Virus genome (UHGV): UHGV-1351068
Reading direction: 5' to 3' (one strand)
Length of the DNA stretch: 64,000 nt
Origin: a virus
The position numbers and the translations under genes are program-made. Under the pieces are notes generated by a model. That model was not told the origin of the DNA. It saw only the letters and a list, made by a program, of their open reading frames with translations, and ran no database searches. Each line of letters starts with the position of its first letter. Within the stretch, counting starts at the first letter, position 1. Shown in pieces: positions 1-9,906 of the stretch.

Positions 1-965
1 CACAAATTAAGCGTGAATCTCAAATGCGTTGCGTGTCTAAAACTGACTATGAGTCATTCGTTAGCTCGCGATTTGGTTCTATTGTGCAAGCAGTACAATG
101 CTTTACCGACCAAGATAAGCCAGGGTATGCGTTTATTGCAATTAAGCCAAAATCTGGACTGCAGTTAACCGCTGTTCAAAGAGAAGACATCCAAGATTAT
201 CTTCGTCCATTCTGTCTTGCTCCGATTACTCCTTCGGTAATGAGCCCAGATTACTTATTCATTCGTCATAATATTAAAGCTTCTTATGCATTGAATAAGT
301 TGCAAGAATCAGAGCAGTGGTTACAGTCAAAAATTATAGACTCGATTAATAGATATTATGTTGATGAAGTTGAAATGTTTAACAAAAATTTCAGTAAATC
401 TAAGTTGTTGACTTACATTGATGACACTGACCACTCAATCATCGGTTCTTCTGTGGATATTCAGATGGTTCGTGAAATTGTCAACTATTTCACTCTTCCT
501 AGCGCAGGTATTAAATACTATAATACTATTACTCCGCGGACGTTACGTTCTGGTGATTTGGTCTTTACTGTTACCCCAACTGCTGAACCGTATTCAGTTA
601 ATATCGTTGGAACTGACCCAGATAAAAATGGCAAAGGAAATATGGTTATTGGACCATTTAAACCAGGCGATATTAAAGAGAATACTCATATCCAGCCATA
701 TACTGAAAACGATTTTGATAGAACTACCGTCGGCGAAAGAACTCGCTGGTATAAAATCGGTGAAGTAGATTATTATGGTGATAACATTTACTGGAGTCTT
801 GGAGCCATTGGAGCCGATCCTCTTCAGTTTGAAGACCAAAGTATTGAGCTTTATTCTACTCCTACCCAGGATATCGTCTTCGCCCGCGATGGAACACTTA
901 TCGTATTTGAGAATGACCTTCGTCCTCAATACACAACTATTAAATTGGAGCCTATTACTCAATGA
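1..965 (+). CDS. 6: baseplate wedge protein gp6, C-terminal part (5' end lies outside window)
   Basis: Open frame running from window edge; 4-nt overlap with a 1032-aa ORF the exact size of T4 gp7; T4 order 6-7-8. Confidence 0.6.
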   Translation, partial: QIKRESQMRCVSKTDYESFVSSRFGSIVQAVQCFTDQDKPGYAFIAIKPKSGLQLTAVQREDIQDYLRPFCLAPITPSVMSPDYLFIRHNIKASYALNKLQESEQWLQSKIIDSINRYYVDEVEMFNKNFSKSKLLTYIDDTDHSIIGSSVDIQMVREIVNYFTLPSAGIKYYNTITPRTLRSGDLVFTVTPTAEPYSVNIVGTDPDKNGKGNMVIGPFKPGDIKENTHIQPYTENDFDRTTVGERTRWYKIGEVDYYGDNIYWSLGAIGADPLQFEDQSIELYSTPTQDIVFARDGTLIVFENDLRPQYTTIKLEPITQ

Positions 966-3900
966 CAATTGCACCGTTCGTCACCAGCTTACGAATTCAT
1001 AAGCTATCTGCGAATCAGGTCAATATTCGTTGGGATGACGTTGGTGCAAACTTCTACTATTTTGTAGAACTGGCCGAAACTCGAAACAGAGCGGGGGAAG
1101 TTATCCCCGCTGATAACTTGAGTTGGTCTTCACTGGGTTATACCGCGGATAATGATTGGTTCGAACAAAATCGTATTGAACCGCTTACTTATTATAAAAT
1201 GCGTGTTCAAACTACGTCAGCAGGATTTGAACCGTCTGAATGGGTTGAAACAGAAGAGTTCCAAACTTTTGAAGAAAACGCATACACATTTGAGCACATG
1301 CAAGAATTCAGTTTAGTGAAAGAATTCATTAAGCAGAAGTTTTCTTTAAATAACATGTCGTATGTTAACTTCAACACATCTGCCATGATGGCATCTTTGA
1401 TGACTGAGTCTTTTCAATTTAGTCCTGAATATTCTCATTTGTCAGCTATTGAAAATTTCGTAGTAGGCGAATCTGGATATCATGAAATTCAGGGACCTAT
1501 TGAAGCAGTCTGTGTTGATAAAAATAGAACCATGCTAGGAGAAATAGACGGAATTTTGTATCTGTTTGAAAGATTCCAACATATGGTTAAAGTATCAAAC
1601 GATAAAGGACAGAACTGGCAATACGTTCAGTTATTTAATGACCGTGTAGGAAATCCTGTTTCACGAGTAGTCATTTATCAATCAAGTACCACATCATATG
1701 TTTTAGGCTATGATAAAATCTTTTACGGAAGAAAATCATCTGACGTACGCTGGTCATCAAATGAGGTTAAATTTAGCGATAACGAAGTCACGTTCGCTAA
1801 ATTGGGAGACCAGTTAAAACTGGGATTTGAAGTAGAGTTATTTGGTACATATGCATCACTACCTGCTGATGTTACCAAATATGCAGAAGCCTTTACATGC
1901 AATGATGACCACTTATATGTAGTTGCAAAGGATACAGTACGCAGAGTTAAATTAAAAGATGCTCCAATAGACACTGACCCTTTAAGCCCTACATTTGGTG
2001 AAAAAGTGTTCGAAAAAGAAGCATCTCATATAACAGGCAATCCTAAATCTGTATGCTTTAAAATGGATTCTGTCGGAGGCAAAATCTTCGCTCTTATTAC
2101 CGGAGAAGTTAAAACCTTAGGATTAGACCCAACAGACCCACGGAATGTTGTGGATTCTGCAACTAAAGGCGTCTATGTTTACCAGGAAGGCACAAATACT
2201 TGGAAGCGTGTATTTGGTAATACCGATGAAGAAAAACGTCGTATAGAGCATTTATGGACGTCTATGTCAACTGACGGAAAGGAAATATTCTTTTCATCAG
2301 CTAATTTTAAGACAACAGAGTACGCTCAGGATATTGAGCTTGAGACGAAATATCCAGAACTAATTTCTACTGCAGTTAAAAATGTTAATCCAATTCAGTA
2401 TCACTCTGATAAGCATTATCACATGATGAGTTTCAGAGCAGATGAATTTTCAAGATGGGAAACATTTGTTCCTGGACCTATGAGGTTTTATGCTGAACCT
2501 TGGTTTGTCTGGATGGCTCGTGAAGGTAACAGATGCTGGATAAGTACAGCTGACCATGCAGTTGTCATTTATAATGATATTCTTTATCAAAAAAGAGTAG
2601 ATGCAGCGGCACAGGGAACTACCGAGCGTGTTCTTTCGGAAGTGTGGGATAAAGGTGACGCAACGTTTTATTGCCCTCCAGTTTCATTTAATGGATTTTT
2701 GCAGTATGCTTCTGGTATCATGTTTCACGAGACAGACGGAAAACTGATAGGCTATTACGCATTTGATTACCGTGTTCGTGACCAGGTAACGCTTAACTGG
2801 AAACCAACTGATGTAATGTTTAAGGCGTTTCTGCAGAACCAAACCCGTGAAGAAGATTGGACACCTGAACATACTCCAGGCTTACGTGACCCAGATTTGC
2901 GTCCGTATCTTACTAAAATGATGCCGGATAGTTACTTGCTACAAGATAGTAATTTTGAGCACTTTTGTAAGTACTATCTCCAATTCCTTTCAGACGGAAA
3001 TGGAACGCATTACAACAGTCTCGTTAATCTTGTTAAGAACAAATATCCTCGTGAAGAAAATGCATGGGAATACCTGTGGTCAGAAGTTTATAAGCGCAAT
3101 ATTTATCTGAGTAAAGACGCTCGCGATGCTGTCGTCCGTTTCTTTGAAGCGCGCAAGAATGATTTCTATGCTACCAAAGGAATTGAAGACTCATACAAAT
3201 TCTTGTTTAAACTTCTTTATAATGAAGATGTTGAAATCGATATTGAGTCAAAGAACACTACCGAATATGACATTATTGTTGAAAGTACAAATATTTCTGA
3301 CGATTTAGTTGGTCGTACGATTTATACTGCTTCCGGTCGTAGTAATGTGACTTATATCGAGAGAGAATACCGGGATGGTCGTCTGTTATGGCGTATTACT
3401 ATTCATAACTTATCAGGACGGTTCATTGAAGGCCAGGAAATTAAATCAGAGCGTACGGACTTTGAGGGTATTATAGTTCAAGGTGTTCGTGGAAAGGATA
3501 TGCTGAGTAATAACATTGATTATATAAACCGCAGCCGTTCTTACTATGTTATGAAAATTAAGTCTCAGCTTCCTACTTCTCGTTTCCGCGACGATGTATT
3601 AAGGTTTGTTCATCCGGTAGGTTTCGGTTTCATTGGTATAACATTGCTGACAATGTTTATCAATAGTGGCTTAAATATGAAGCATGTTGAGACTATCATA
3701 AATAAACTCAAGAACTATAAATGGGATGCAGGACTGCCATCAGTTTATCCTGATAGAGTTGCTATTATCGCTTCAGATGATACAATAGAAAGAGACCCAA
3801 TAACCAATGAGCCTAGGTATTCTTCACGTGCTCAAGCTGGTGAACCTTTCCCGTTACCTGCTAACTATAATCAAGAAAATAACAATAGTGTTATCGCTGG

Positions 3901-4060
3901 ACAAAACCCTGGACAACGACGTAAACCGTTAAGTCCTACGTTTGACCAATCAGCAGTAACGTTTGCTAATTATCGCGATTTAGTTAACCAACGTCTTAAA
4001 GACGATGCAGGTAATCCTCGCGATCCTGAAAATCCGACACAGGTAAAAATTGATGAGTAA
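962..4060 (+). CDS. 7: baseplate wedge protein gp7
   Basis: 1032 aa, identical length to T4 gp7; position between gp6 and gp8 homologs. Confidence 0.8.
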   Translation: MTIAPFVTSLRIHKLSANQVNIRWDDVGANFYYFVELAETRNRAGEVIPADNLSWSSLGYTADNDWFEQNRIEPLTYYKMRVQTTSAGFEPSEWVETEEFQTFEENAYTFEHMQEFSLVKEFIKQKFSLNNMSYVNFNTSAMMASLMTESFQFSPEYSHLSAIENFVVGESGYHEIQGPIEAVCVDKNRTMLGEIDGILYLFERFQHMVKVSNDKGQNWQYVQLFNDRVGNPVSRVVIYQSSTTSYVLGYDKIFYGRKSSDVRWSSNEVKFSDNEVTFAKLGDQLKLGFEVELFGTYASLPADVTKYAEAFTCNDDHLYVVAKDTVRRVKLKDAPIDTDPLSPTFGEKVFEKEASHITGNPKSVCFKMDSVGGKIFALITGEVKTLGLDPTDPRNVVDSATKGVYVYQEGTNTWKRVFGNTDEEKRRIEHLWTSMSTDGKEIFFSSANFKTTEYAQDIELETKYPELISTAVKNVNPIQYHSDKHYHMMSFRADEFSRWETFVPGPMRFYAEPWFVWMAREGNRCWISTADHAVVIYNDILYQKRVDAAAQGTTERVLSEVWDKGDATFYCPPVSFNGFLQYASGIMFHETDGKLIGYYAFDYRVRDQVTLNWKPTDVMFKAFLQNQTREEDWTPEHTPGLRDPDLRPYLTKMMPDSYLLQDSNFEHFCKYYLQFLSDGNGTHYNSLVNLVKNKYPREENAWEYLWSEVYKRNIYLSKDARDAVVRFFEARKNDFYATKGIEDSYKFLFKLLYNEDVEIDIESKNTTEYDIIVESTNISDDLVGRTIYTASGRSNVTYIEREYRDGRLLWRITIHNLSGRFIEGQEIKSERTDFEGIIVQGVRGKDMLSNNIDYINRSRSYYVMKIKSQLPTSRFRDDVLRFVHPVGFGFIGITLLTMFINSGLNMKHVETIINKLKNYKWDAGLPSVYPDRVAIIASDDTIERDPITNEPRYSSRAQAGEPFPLPANYNQENNNSVIAGQNPGQRRKPLSPTFDQSAVTFANYRDLVNQRLKDDAGNPRDPENPTQVKIDE

Positions 4061-5078
4061 TTCAACAAGAGCAAGTTCAACGCGTAGCACGATTTATCGT
4101 GCTATCATTACATCTAAGTTTAGAACTGAAAAGATGTACACATTTTATAAATCGATTGGTCCGGGAACGGACCAAAACACACTGTATGTTTCATTTGGCA
4201 AAAGCACTCCGTGGTCAGATAACGAATCTGAACCCGGATTTGCACCTCCATATCCCGCTGATAATGGAGATGGGGTAGTTGATGTTTGGACAAATATGAT
4301 GGGCGCGGTCAAAATTGAATCATCAATGCTTGACTGTGTTGTTCCAAGAAGAGACTGGGGAGATACAAGATATCCTAACCCACGCACATTTCTAATTGGC
4401 GATATCGTTGTTGCTAACTCTGCGCCATATAACAGAACTGATGCTGGATTTGGATGGATGGTATATAGATGTATTGATGTTCCAAAGGATGGAATGTGTT
4501 CAATTGGCAATCTTACAAGCAAAGAAGAATGTATTAAGCTTGGGGGTAAATGGACACCATCCACTATTTCTGGTTCAGCTCCTCGAGGTCGTGGTGATGC
4601 AAATGGTACCGTCGATTTGGGCGATGGATATCTTTGGGAATATCTATATGAAATTCCAGCCGACGTATCAATTAACAGATGTACAAATGAATATATCGTA
4701 GTTCCTTGGCCAGAAGAGATTGAAGAATCTCCAGCCCGTTGGGGATTTCAAAACAACTTAACTTGGCAACAAAACGACTTTAATTTGATTTATCGCATGA
4801 AATGCAATACTATCAGGTTTAAAGCGTATCTTGATGCGGTTTATTTTCCGGAGTTCAGTCTTCCGGGAAATACTGGATTTAGACAGCTGTCAATTATAAC
4901 TAATCCGCTTGAAGTTAAGCCAATGCCAAATTCACCTAATGTTAAGGCTGAAAAAGGCTGGTATAGTGCTTCTGGTCTTGAAAGACAGTCAGGTGAAATG
5001 ATTTACATGGAAAATCGGCAACCTATTATTCGTTCAATGGACCAAACGGAAGAATTAAACTTAATTTTCGAGTTTTAA
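4053..5078 (+). CDS. 8: baseplate wedge protein gp8
   Basis: N-terminus IYRAIITSKFRTEKMYTFY.. and body closely match recalled T4 gp8 (IYRAIVTSKFRTEKM..); probable start ATG 4053 (track start 4050). Confidence 0.85.
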   Translation: MSNSTRASSTRSTIYRAIITSKFRTEKMYTFYKSIGPGTDQNTLYVSFGKSTPWSDNESEPGFAPPYPADNGDGVVDVWTNMMGAVKIESSMLDCVVPRRDWGDTRYPNPRTFLIGDIVVANSAPYNRTDAGFGWMVYRCIDVPKDGMCSIGNLTSKEECIKLGGKWTPSTISGSAPRGRGDANGTVDLGDGYLWEYLYEIPADVSINRCTNEYIVVPWPEEIEESPARWGFQNNLTWQQNDFNLIYRMKCNTIRFKAYLDAVYFPEFSLPGNTGFRQLSIITNPLEVKPMPNSPNVKAEKGWYSASGLERQSGEMIYMENRQPIIRSMDQTEELNLIFEF

Positions 5079-5082
5079 TTAT

Positions 5083-5108
5083 GGGGAGCCTTCGGCTCCC
5101 CATTTTTA
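5083..5108 (+). terminator. rho-independent terminator (UUCG-loop hairpin + T-run) after gene 8
   Basis: GGGGAGCC-TTCG-GCTCCCC followed by ATTTTTAT. Confidence 0.6.
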
Positions 5109-5116
5109 TATAAATA
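5109..5116 (+). promoter_or_regulatory. T4-type late promoter TATAAATA (gene 9)
   Basis: Exact TATAAATA 28 nt upstream of gp9 ATG, just after gp8 terminator. Confidence 0.6.
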
Positions 5117-5144
5117 AGACTATACTTTGATATGAGGTTAACCT

Positions 5145-6056
5145 ATGTATACAGATAAGGGTAAAAAAATAATTGACGTCGGTGAGATTGGTAATGCTTC
5201 TACCGGCGACATTCTGTATGATGGCGGTGTGAAAATTAATGATAACTTCGACGCCATTTACAACGCCTTCGCTGATCAACGATTATTTGCAGCTGGTGGC
5301 GGAGCATTGAACCAAAAAATTCATGCAACAAGCTATTACCAAAAGATAAAATTTGGAGATGCTAACTCTGCAGGGACAGTTCCAATGGGGTCATGCATAG
5401 ATGCTGATTGTTCAGAAGGTGCAGTTCAAATACGTCTTTCAAAAGGTAAAGCGGGAGAAGCTGTATTCGTTGTAAATAGTAATGGCTCAGCATCAAAAGC
5501 TAGATCCATAAAAATAACAACAAACGGCGAAGGTGTAGCAGATGCATTTAAAGATGGATCGCGAGAGTTGATTATCAACACGCCAAGATGTAGAATTGAA
5601 TTGTGGTGTGTTGAAGTCAAAGCTAACGGTGCTGCAGTTTGGGATTATTCAATTTCAAGTATGTTTGGCAGCACATATTCGCCGTTAGAAGCTACATATA
5701 ATTTAACGAGTTCTCCTATTAATATTCGGCTTGGATATAACGATGATTACTCTACTGTTAAATTGTTATTAAGCTTCAGCGCAAATCCAGGTGGTCAAAC
5801 CATCAAAAGGCAATCATCTGAAGTCATGCTTATGATTGACCCGACTATTACTTCATCAGCGCCAAACGGAAGAGTATTTGACACTGAATATGCAGTGTTA
5901 AGAAGCGGTGAATCATCTGAAAATGAAAAGATGTATTCTATTTCATACTCTATTAACGCGCAGAAAGATTTAATATGCACAGCTTCAACATCTTATGGAA
6001 ACGCCCGTTTGGCAGTTAAAGTTATTGCTACACAGACCGTAGGGGTATCTCAATAA
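5145..6056 (+). CDS. 9: baseplate wedge / long tail fiber attachment protein gp9
   Basis: 303 aa; KKIIDVGEIGNASTGDILYDGG matches T4 gp9 N-terminus; late promoter and terminator upstream. Confidence 0.85.
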   Translation: MYTDKGKKIIDVGEIGNASTGDILYDGGVKINDNFDAIYNAFADQRLFAAGGGALNQKIHATSYYQKIKFGDANSAGTVPMGSCIDADCSEGAVQIRLSKGKAGEAVFVVNSNGSASKARSIKITTNGEGVADAFKDGSRELIINTPRCRIELWCVEVKANGAAVWDYSISSMFGSTYSPLEATYNLTSSPINIRLGYNDDYSTVKLLLSFSANPGGQTIKRQSSEVMLMIDPTITSSAPNGRVFDTEYAVLRSGESSENEKMYSISYSINAQKDLICTASTSYGNARLAVKVIATQTVGVSQ

Positions 6057-7879
6057 TGAAACAAAATTTGATAGTAGGCCAATCAGTAGATGATGGGTCT
6101 GGTGATTACCTCCGTAAAGGTGGTCTTAAAATTAATAACAACTTTGATGATTTATATTCAGAGTTAGGTGATGGTTCAGTTCCATTCGCAGCAGGTGCAT
6201 GGAAAACTTTTAAAGCTAGCCCTACTGGAACTACTTTAAATGCTAAGTTTGGTCAGGCCTTTGCTATTAATACCCAGGCAGCAAGAGTTAACGTTCAGCT
6301 TCCAAAGGGTACAGCCAACGACTATAACAAAGTTATTAAACTTCGTGATGTTTGGTCAACCTGGCGATTAAGCCCAATCACAGTTATTCCTGCTCAAGGC
6401 GATACATTAAAGGGTTCAGCTTCTCCTAAAATTTTCAATACTAACTTCCAAGATTTGGAATTGGTTTATTGCGCCCCTGGCCGCTGGGAATATATTGAAA
6501 ATAAAACTGTAGATAAGCTAACTAATGGTAACTTAAGTACTGTAGCGAAAAAATCAATTATTGCTACTGCGGGTCAGACTGACTTTCTTAACATTTTTGA
6601 TGGCGTAGAATATAACGAAGACTCGCTTAATGTATATCGTCGTGGTAATATTTTATATTACGGTGAAACCAGCGTTATGGATAAAGCCAATGCTGATTAC
6701 GGTTCTCCTGGAACAGTAGCAGGTCAATTGGTAGAATTAAACGGTAAAGACATTCGTTTAAAAGTTCCATGTGTTGAAGGGGAAGTAATAACATTTGAAA
6801 CCTTCCTAGATGGAATTGGTGTTTATCGGTCTTCATACAACAAGTTGGCTATCCAGATACGAGATTCAGCCCAGACTACATCCCAGACGATTCCTGGGTC
6901 AATGATAGTAGATAACCTTGCTACTCTCCGCAGAATCACTCTGGATGACATGGGTGTACTTCCGGGCGTAGGGGTAAATCCTAACTCGCTTGAAATTTCG
7001 TTGAACGGAAAGGAATTACTCGAAGCTGGAACTGCAGGTCTTCCTTTATTTTATTGTGAAGGTGCGGAAGGTGGATACGCAGAAGACTGTATAAACAATG
7101 GTGGTCAATGGGTAAATTCTAACCAAGACTATAGACTGGAATTTGACTCAACTGGTACTAACGTCGAAGCTATTATTTTTGGTGAGGCGTTTGAAGATAA
7201 AGACCTTCTTACCGTCCGTTGGTTCAATAATAACATCGGTACTACTATGGATATTGACGATATCATGGCAGAAACCGACCAAGTGTATATGAATGCTGAG
7301 CAATTAGTAACTCTAAAAAATCGCATTGAATACACAAATTATGATGAACCTAATCAGAAAAATATGCGTCCGGTTGCTGACGATATTATGATTAAAGTCA
7401 ATAATATTGCAGCATTTTTTGACGTAATTTATCCGATTGGCACGATTTATGAAAACGCTCACAACCACGCAAACCCTGCTGACTATATGGGATTTGGGGT
7501 GTGGAAGCTTTATTCACAAGGCCGTGTTACTGCTGGTTGGAATAATGATTCATCTGATCCTTATTTTTCGCGTAACAACAATAACTTAAACGAAAATGGT
7601 CAGCCATCATTAACAGCAGGTGGAACGGTTGGAGATTTGACATTTACGTTAGGAAAAGAACACATTCCTGAACTAATGTCAAGAGATAAAGTTCTAATTT
7701 CAGACCCTGAACATGGAAGCGTAGTTATCGGTGGATGTCAATTAGACCCAGACGCGCAGGGACCAGGTTATTCTAAATACCGTGAAGACACTGTTGCGGT
7801 AAACAACGGTGTAGTTCCAAATGACATCACTAAAATTCAGCCAACAATCACCGTTTATCGTTGGATTAGGGTAGGTTAA
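6056..7879 (+). CDS. 10: baseplate wedge/pin protein gp10
   Basis: 607 aa (T4 602); ATGA overlap with gp9; synteny. Confidence 0.8.
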   Translation: MKQNLIVGQSVDDGSGDYLRKGGLKINNNFDDLYSELGDGSVPFAAGAWKTFKASPTGTTLNAKFGQAFAINTQAARVNVQLPKGTANDYNKVIKLRDVWSTWRLSPITVIPAQGDTLKGSASPKIFNTNFQDLELVYCAPGRWEYIENKTVDKLTNGNLSTVAKKSIIATAGQTDFLNIFDGVEYNEDSLNVYRRGNILYYGETSVMDKANADYGSPGTVAGQLVELNGKDIRLKVPCVEGEVITFETFLDGIGVYRSSYNKLAIQIRDSAQTTSQTIPGSMIVDNLATLRRITLDDMGVLPGVGVNPNSLEISLNGKELLEAGTAGLPLFYCEGAEGGYAEDCINNGGQWVNSNQDYRLEFDSTGTNVEAIIFGEAFEDKDLLTVRWFNNNIGTTMDIDDIMAETDQVYMNAEQLVTLKNRIEYTNYDEPNQKNMRPVADDIMIKVNNIAAFFDVIYPIGTIYENAHNHANPADYMGFGVWKLYSQGRVTAGWNNDSSDPYFSRNNNNLNENGQPSLTAGGTVGDLTFTLGKEHIPELMSRDKVLISDPEHGSVVIGGCQLDPDAQGPGYSKYREDTVAVNNGVVPNDITKIQPTITVYRWIRVG

Positions 7880-7880
7880 A

Positions 7881-8552
7881 ATGACGATTGAAACTAAAAC
7901 TCGTGAAGGAGCTAAAGTTAATTCAAGATTAGCTGCTTTTTCAGAATATCGCGTTGACCCGCAAAATATTGCGGTAGGAAATACGGCTCCTATAGGGAGC
8001 CTAACCTTTGAACAAATGGATTTAGGGGTTTGGTATCCAAATACTGAAGCTGCTATTAATGATTTGATGTCATTGCAGTCAGCAGAAATTGGAACTATTA
8101 TTTGCAATGACACTGGAATATCTCCACAGCCCGCACAGCAAATTACGCGTGCTACTTTTTCAGGTGTCGTTGCGTTAGAGCCAAAAGAAGACGGCTCTGT
8201 CGGTGACCCAGTAATAATTCATATTCTTGGCTTACCAATTAGAATTGCAAACGGTGATGACTTTGCAGCAGTAGCAACACGTTGGTATGATAAAGTAAAA
8301 GAATTAGAAGCTGTTGGAAAGGTTGTTCAACAGGTTACTCAATCGCCGGCAACACCACAGTATGTTGATATTATTCATTTAGATTATCAGAACCATAATT
8401 TTGAAACATATAAAAAGTATGGTTTAACTGTTGAATTTACTATTACTTCACCAGCTAAAGCAGGTTATGGGCAATGGGATGCTATCGGCAACGAATCTAA
8501 AACCTTCGGCGCGAACACATTTACTTTCCACTATTTTAGAAGGATGGGATAA
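7881..8552 (+). CDS. 11: baseplate wedge / short tail fiber attachment protein gp11
   Basis: 223 aa (T4 219); synteny between 10 and 12. Confidence 0.75.
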   Translation: MTIETKTREGAKVNSRLAAFSEYRVDPQNIAVGNTAPIGSLTFEQMDLGVWYPNTEAAINDLMSLQSAEIGTIICNDTGISPQPAQQITRATFSGVVALEPKEDGSVGDPVIIHILGLPIRIANGDDFAAVATRWYDKVKELEAVGKVVQQVTQSPATPQYVDIIHLDYQNHNFETYKKYGLTVEFTITSPAKAGYGQWDAIGNESKTFGANTFTFHYFRRMG

Positions 8553-9898
8553 TGGCCCAGAATAACTATAATCACTACAGTGATTTGGCCAAATATACGA
8601 TATTTGACCCAACAAATACACAATGGCCTGTTGCTATAAAAGACGTCCAATCAGCGTTAGAGCTGATTGGTAGCTGGGCAAGAACTGATACCGGATTACC
8701 TGTAGCATCTCCTACAGTAGCCGGTGTAATTCGCACAGCAACACAGGCTGAAGTTGATGCTGGAACTATTGGTAATGCTGCGGTAACTCCTGCTACATTA
8801 AAATCCACAGTTACCCGTCCTGAAGCAACTACAACAGTTCTTGGCTTAACACGGTATGCTACTAATACTGAAGCCGCAGCATTAACCGCAGGAAATAGAA
8901 CTATTACCGCGGCGGCTCTCGGTCATGTGTTTAAAACTGTGAAAGCCCAAGAAAACGTAGATGGAACTGTTAGGTTAACTACTGCGGCTCAAGCGCAAGC
9001 AGGAACTGACGAAACTACCGCAGTAACTCCTAAGCGTGTTGTAGAAATGATTGGAAAGTTCAGTGTCAGTCCTCCTAGTTATACCTCTGCGACAGAAAGC
9101 AACTTGGGATTAGTTCGTGTCGCAACCCAAGCCCAGGTAGCAGCAGGTGCTGTTCACGATGGATACGCAGTAACTCCAAAAACCTTCATGGCATCAAAAG
9201 CGTCTGACAGCGTATTTGGTATAGTAAAATTTGCTAAAGACTCAGATGTGGCTTCAGCTACTTCTAACAATTTGGCTGTTACTCCAAAAAGTCTTCAAGC
9301 GCTAAAATCCACCAAGGATAAATATGGATTAACCAGATTATCAGGTTCTCCAACTACTGATGCTTCATTGGCAGCGGCTGCAACAGATGCAGTCTTTAAA
9401 ACCCGTAGAATAAACGGAAAAACTCTTGACAATGACATAACGATTACTAACAATGATATTAATTGTTATACAAGACAAGAATCTGACGGGCGTTACATGC
9501 CAGCTGGAACCAGAGTAGGTAATGTTACTTGGGTTGAAGGTCAATCTTGGATTAGTCGAGGTGCAACGTTTACATGTAATGCACCATGGGAAGCTTCTAG
9601 TAGATTAGCTCTAAATGTTAATGTAAAATTTGAGCGTAACAACGACGGATATGACAATCGTATTTTCAGATTTGTTGTAATAGTTAACGGTTCCCAATGG
9701 GGCGGTGAACTTACTCTTAACATCGAAAATACTAAAGGCGGACGAAATGGTCATTCATGGAGATTTGAAGCTTACGCATCTAGCAACTTTTTCTTCAATA
9801 ACATTCCTCCAAATGCCACTGTTCAAATAAGACCAACAGAAGACAGTCGTATTATATTTTATGACTGCATGCTTACATTCTGTACAAATAGACCGTAA
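8552..9898 (+). CDS. 12: short tail fiber protein gp12 (divergent C-terminal domain)
   Basis: N-terminal two-thirds has gp12-like repeats (..TEA.AG...AVTP..); 448 aa vs 527 in T4; C-terminus unlike T4. Confidence 0.7.
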   Translation: MAQNNYNHYSDLAKYTIFDPTNTQWPVAIKDVQSALELIGSWARTDTGLPVASPTVAGVIRTATQAEVDAGTIGNAAVTPATLKSTVTRPEATTTVLGLTRYATNTEAAALTAGNRTITAAALGHVFKTVKAQENVDGTVRLTTAAQAQAGTDETTAVTPKRVVEMIGKFSVSPPSYTSATESNLGLVRVATQAQVAAGAVHDGYAVTPKTFMASKASDSVFGIVKFAKDSDVASATSNNLAVTPKSLQALKSTKDKYGLTRLSGSPTTDASLAAAATDAVFKTRRINGKTLDNDITITNNDINCYTRQESDGRYMPAGTRVGNVTWVEGQSWISRGATFTCNAPWEASSRLALNVNVKFERNNDGYDNRIFRFVVIVNGSQWGGELTLNIENTKGGRNGHSWRFEAYASSNFFFNNIPPNATVQIRPTEDSRIIFYDCMLTFCTNRP

Positions 9899-9906
9899 GG
9901 AACAAT

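Noticed and set aside
418-1002. Overlapping ORFs 418..768(+), 594..974(-), 775..1002(+) inside the gene 6/7 region
   Set aside because: Alternative-frame or antisense ORFs nested in conserved baseplate genes; low-complexity hydrophobic translations, no RBS.
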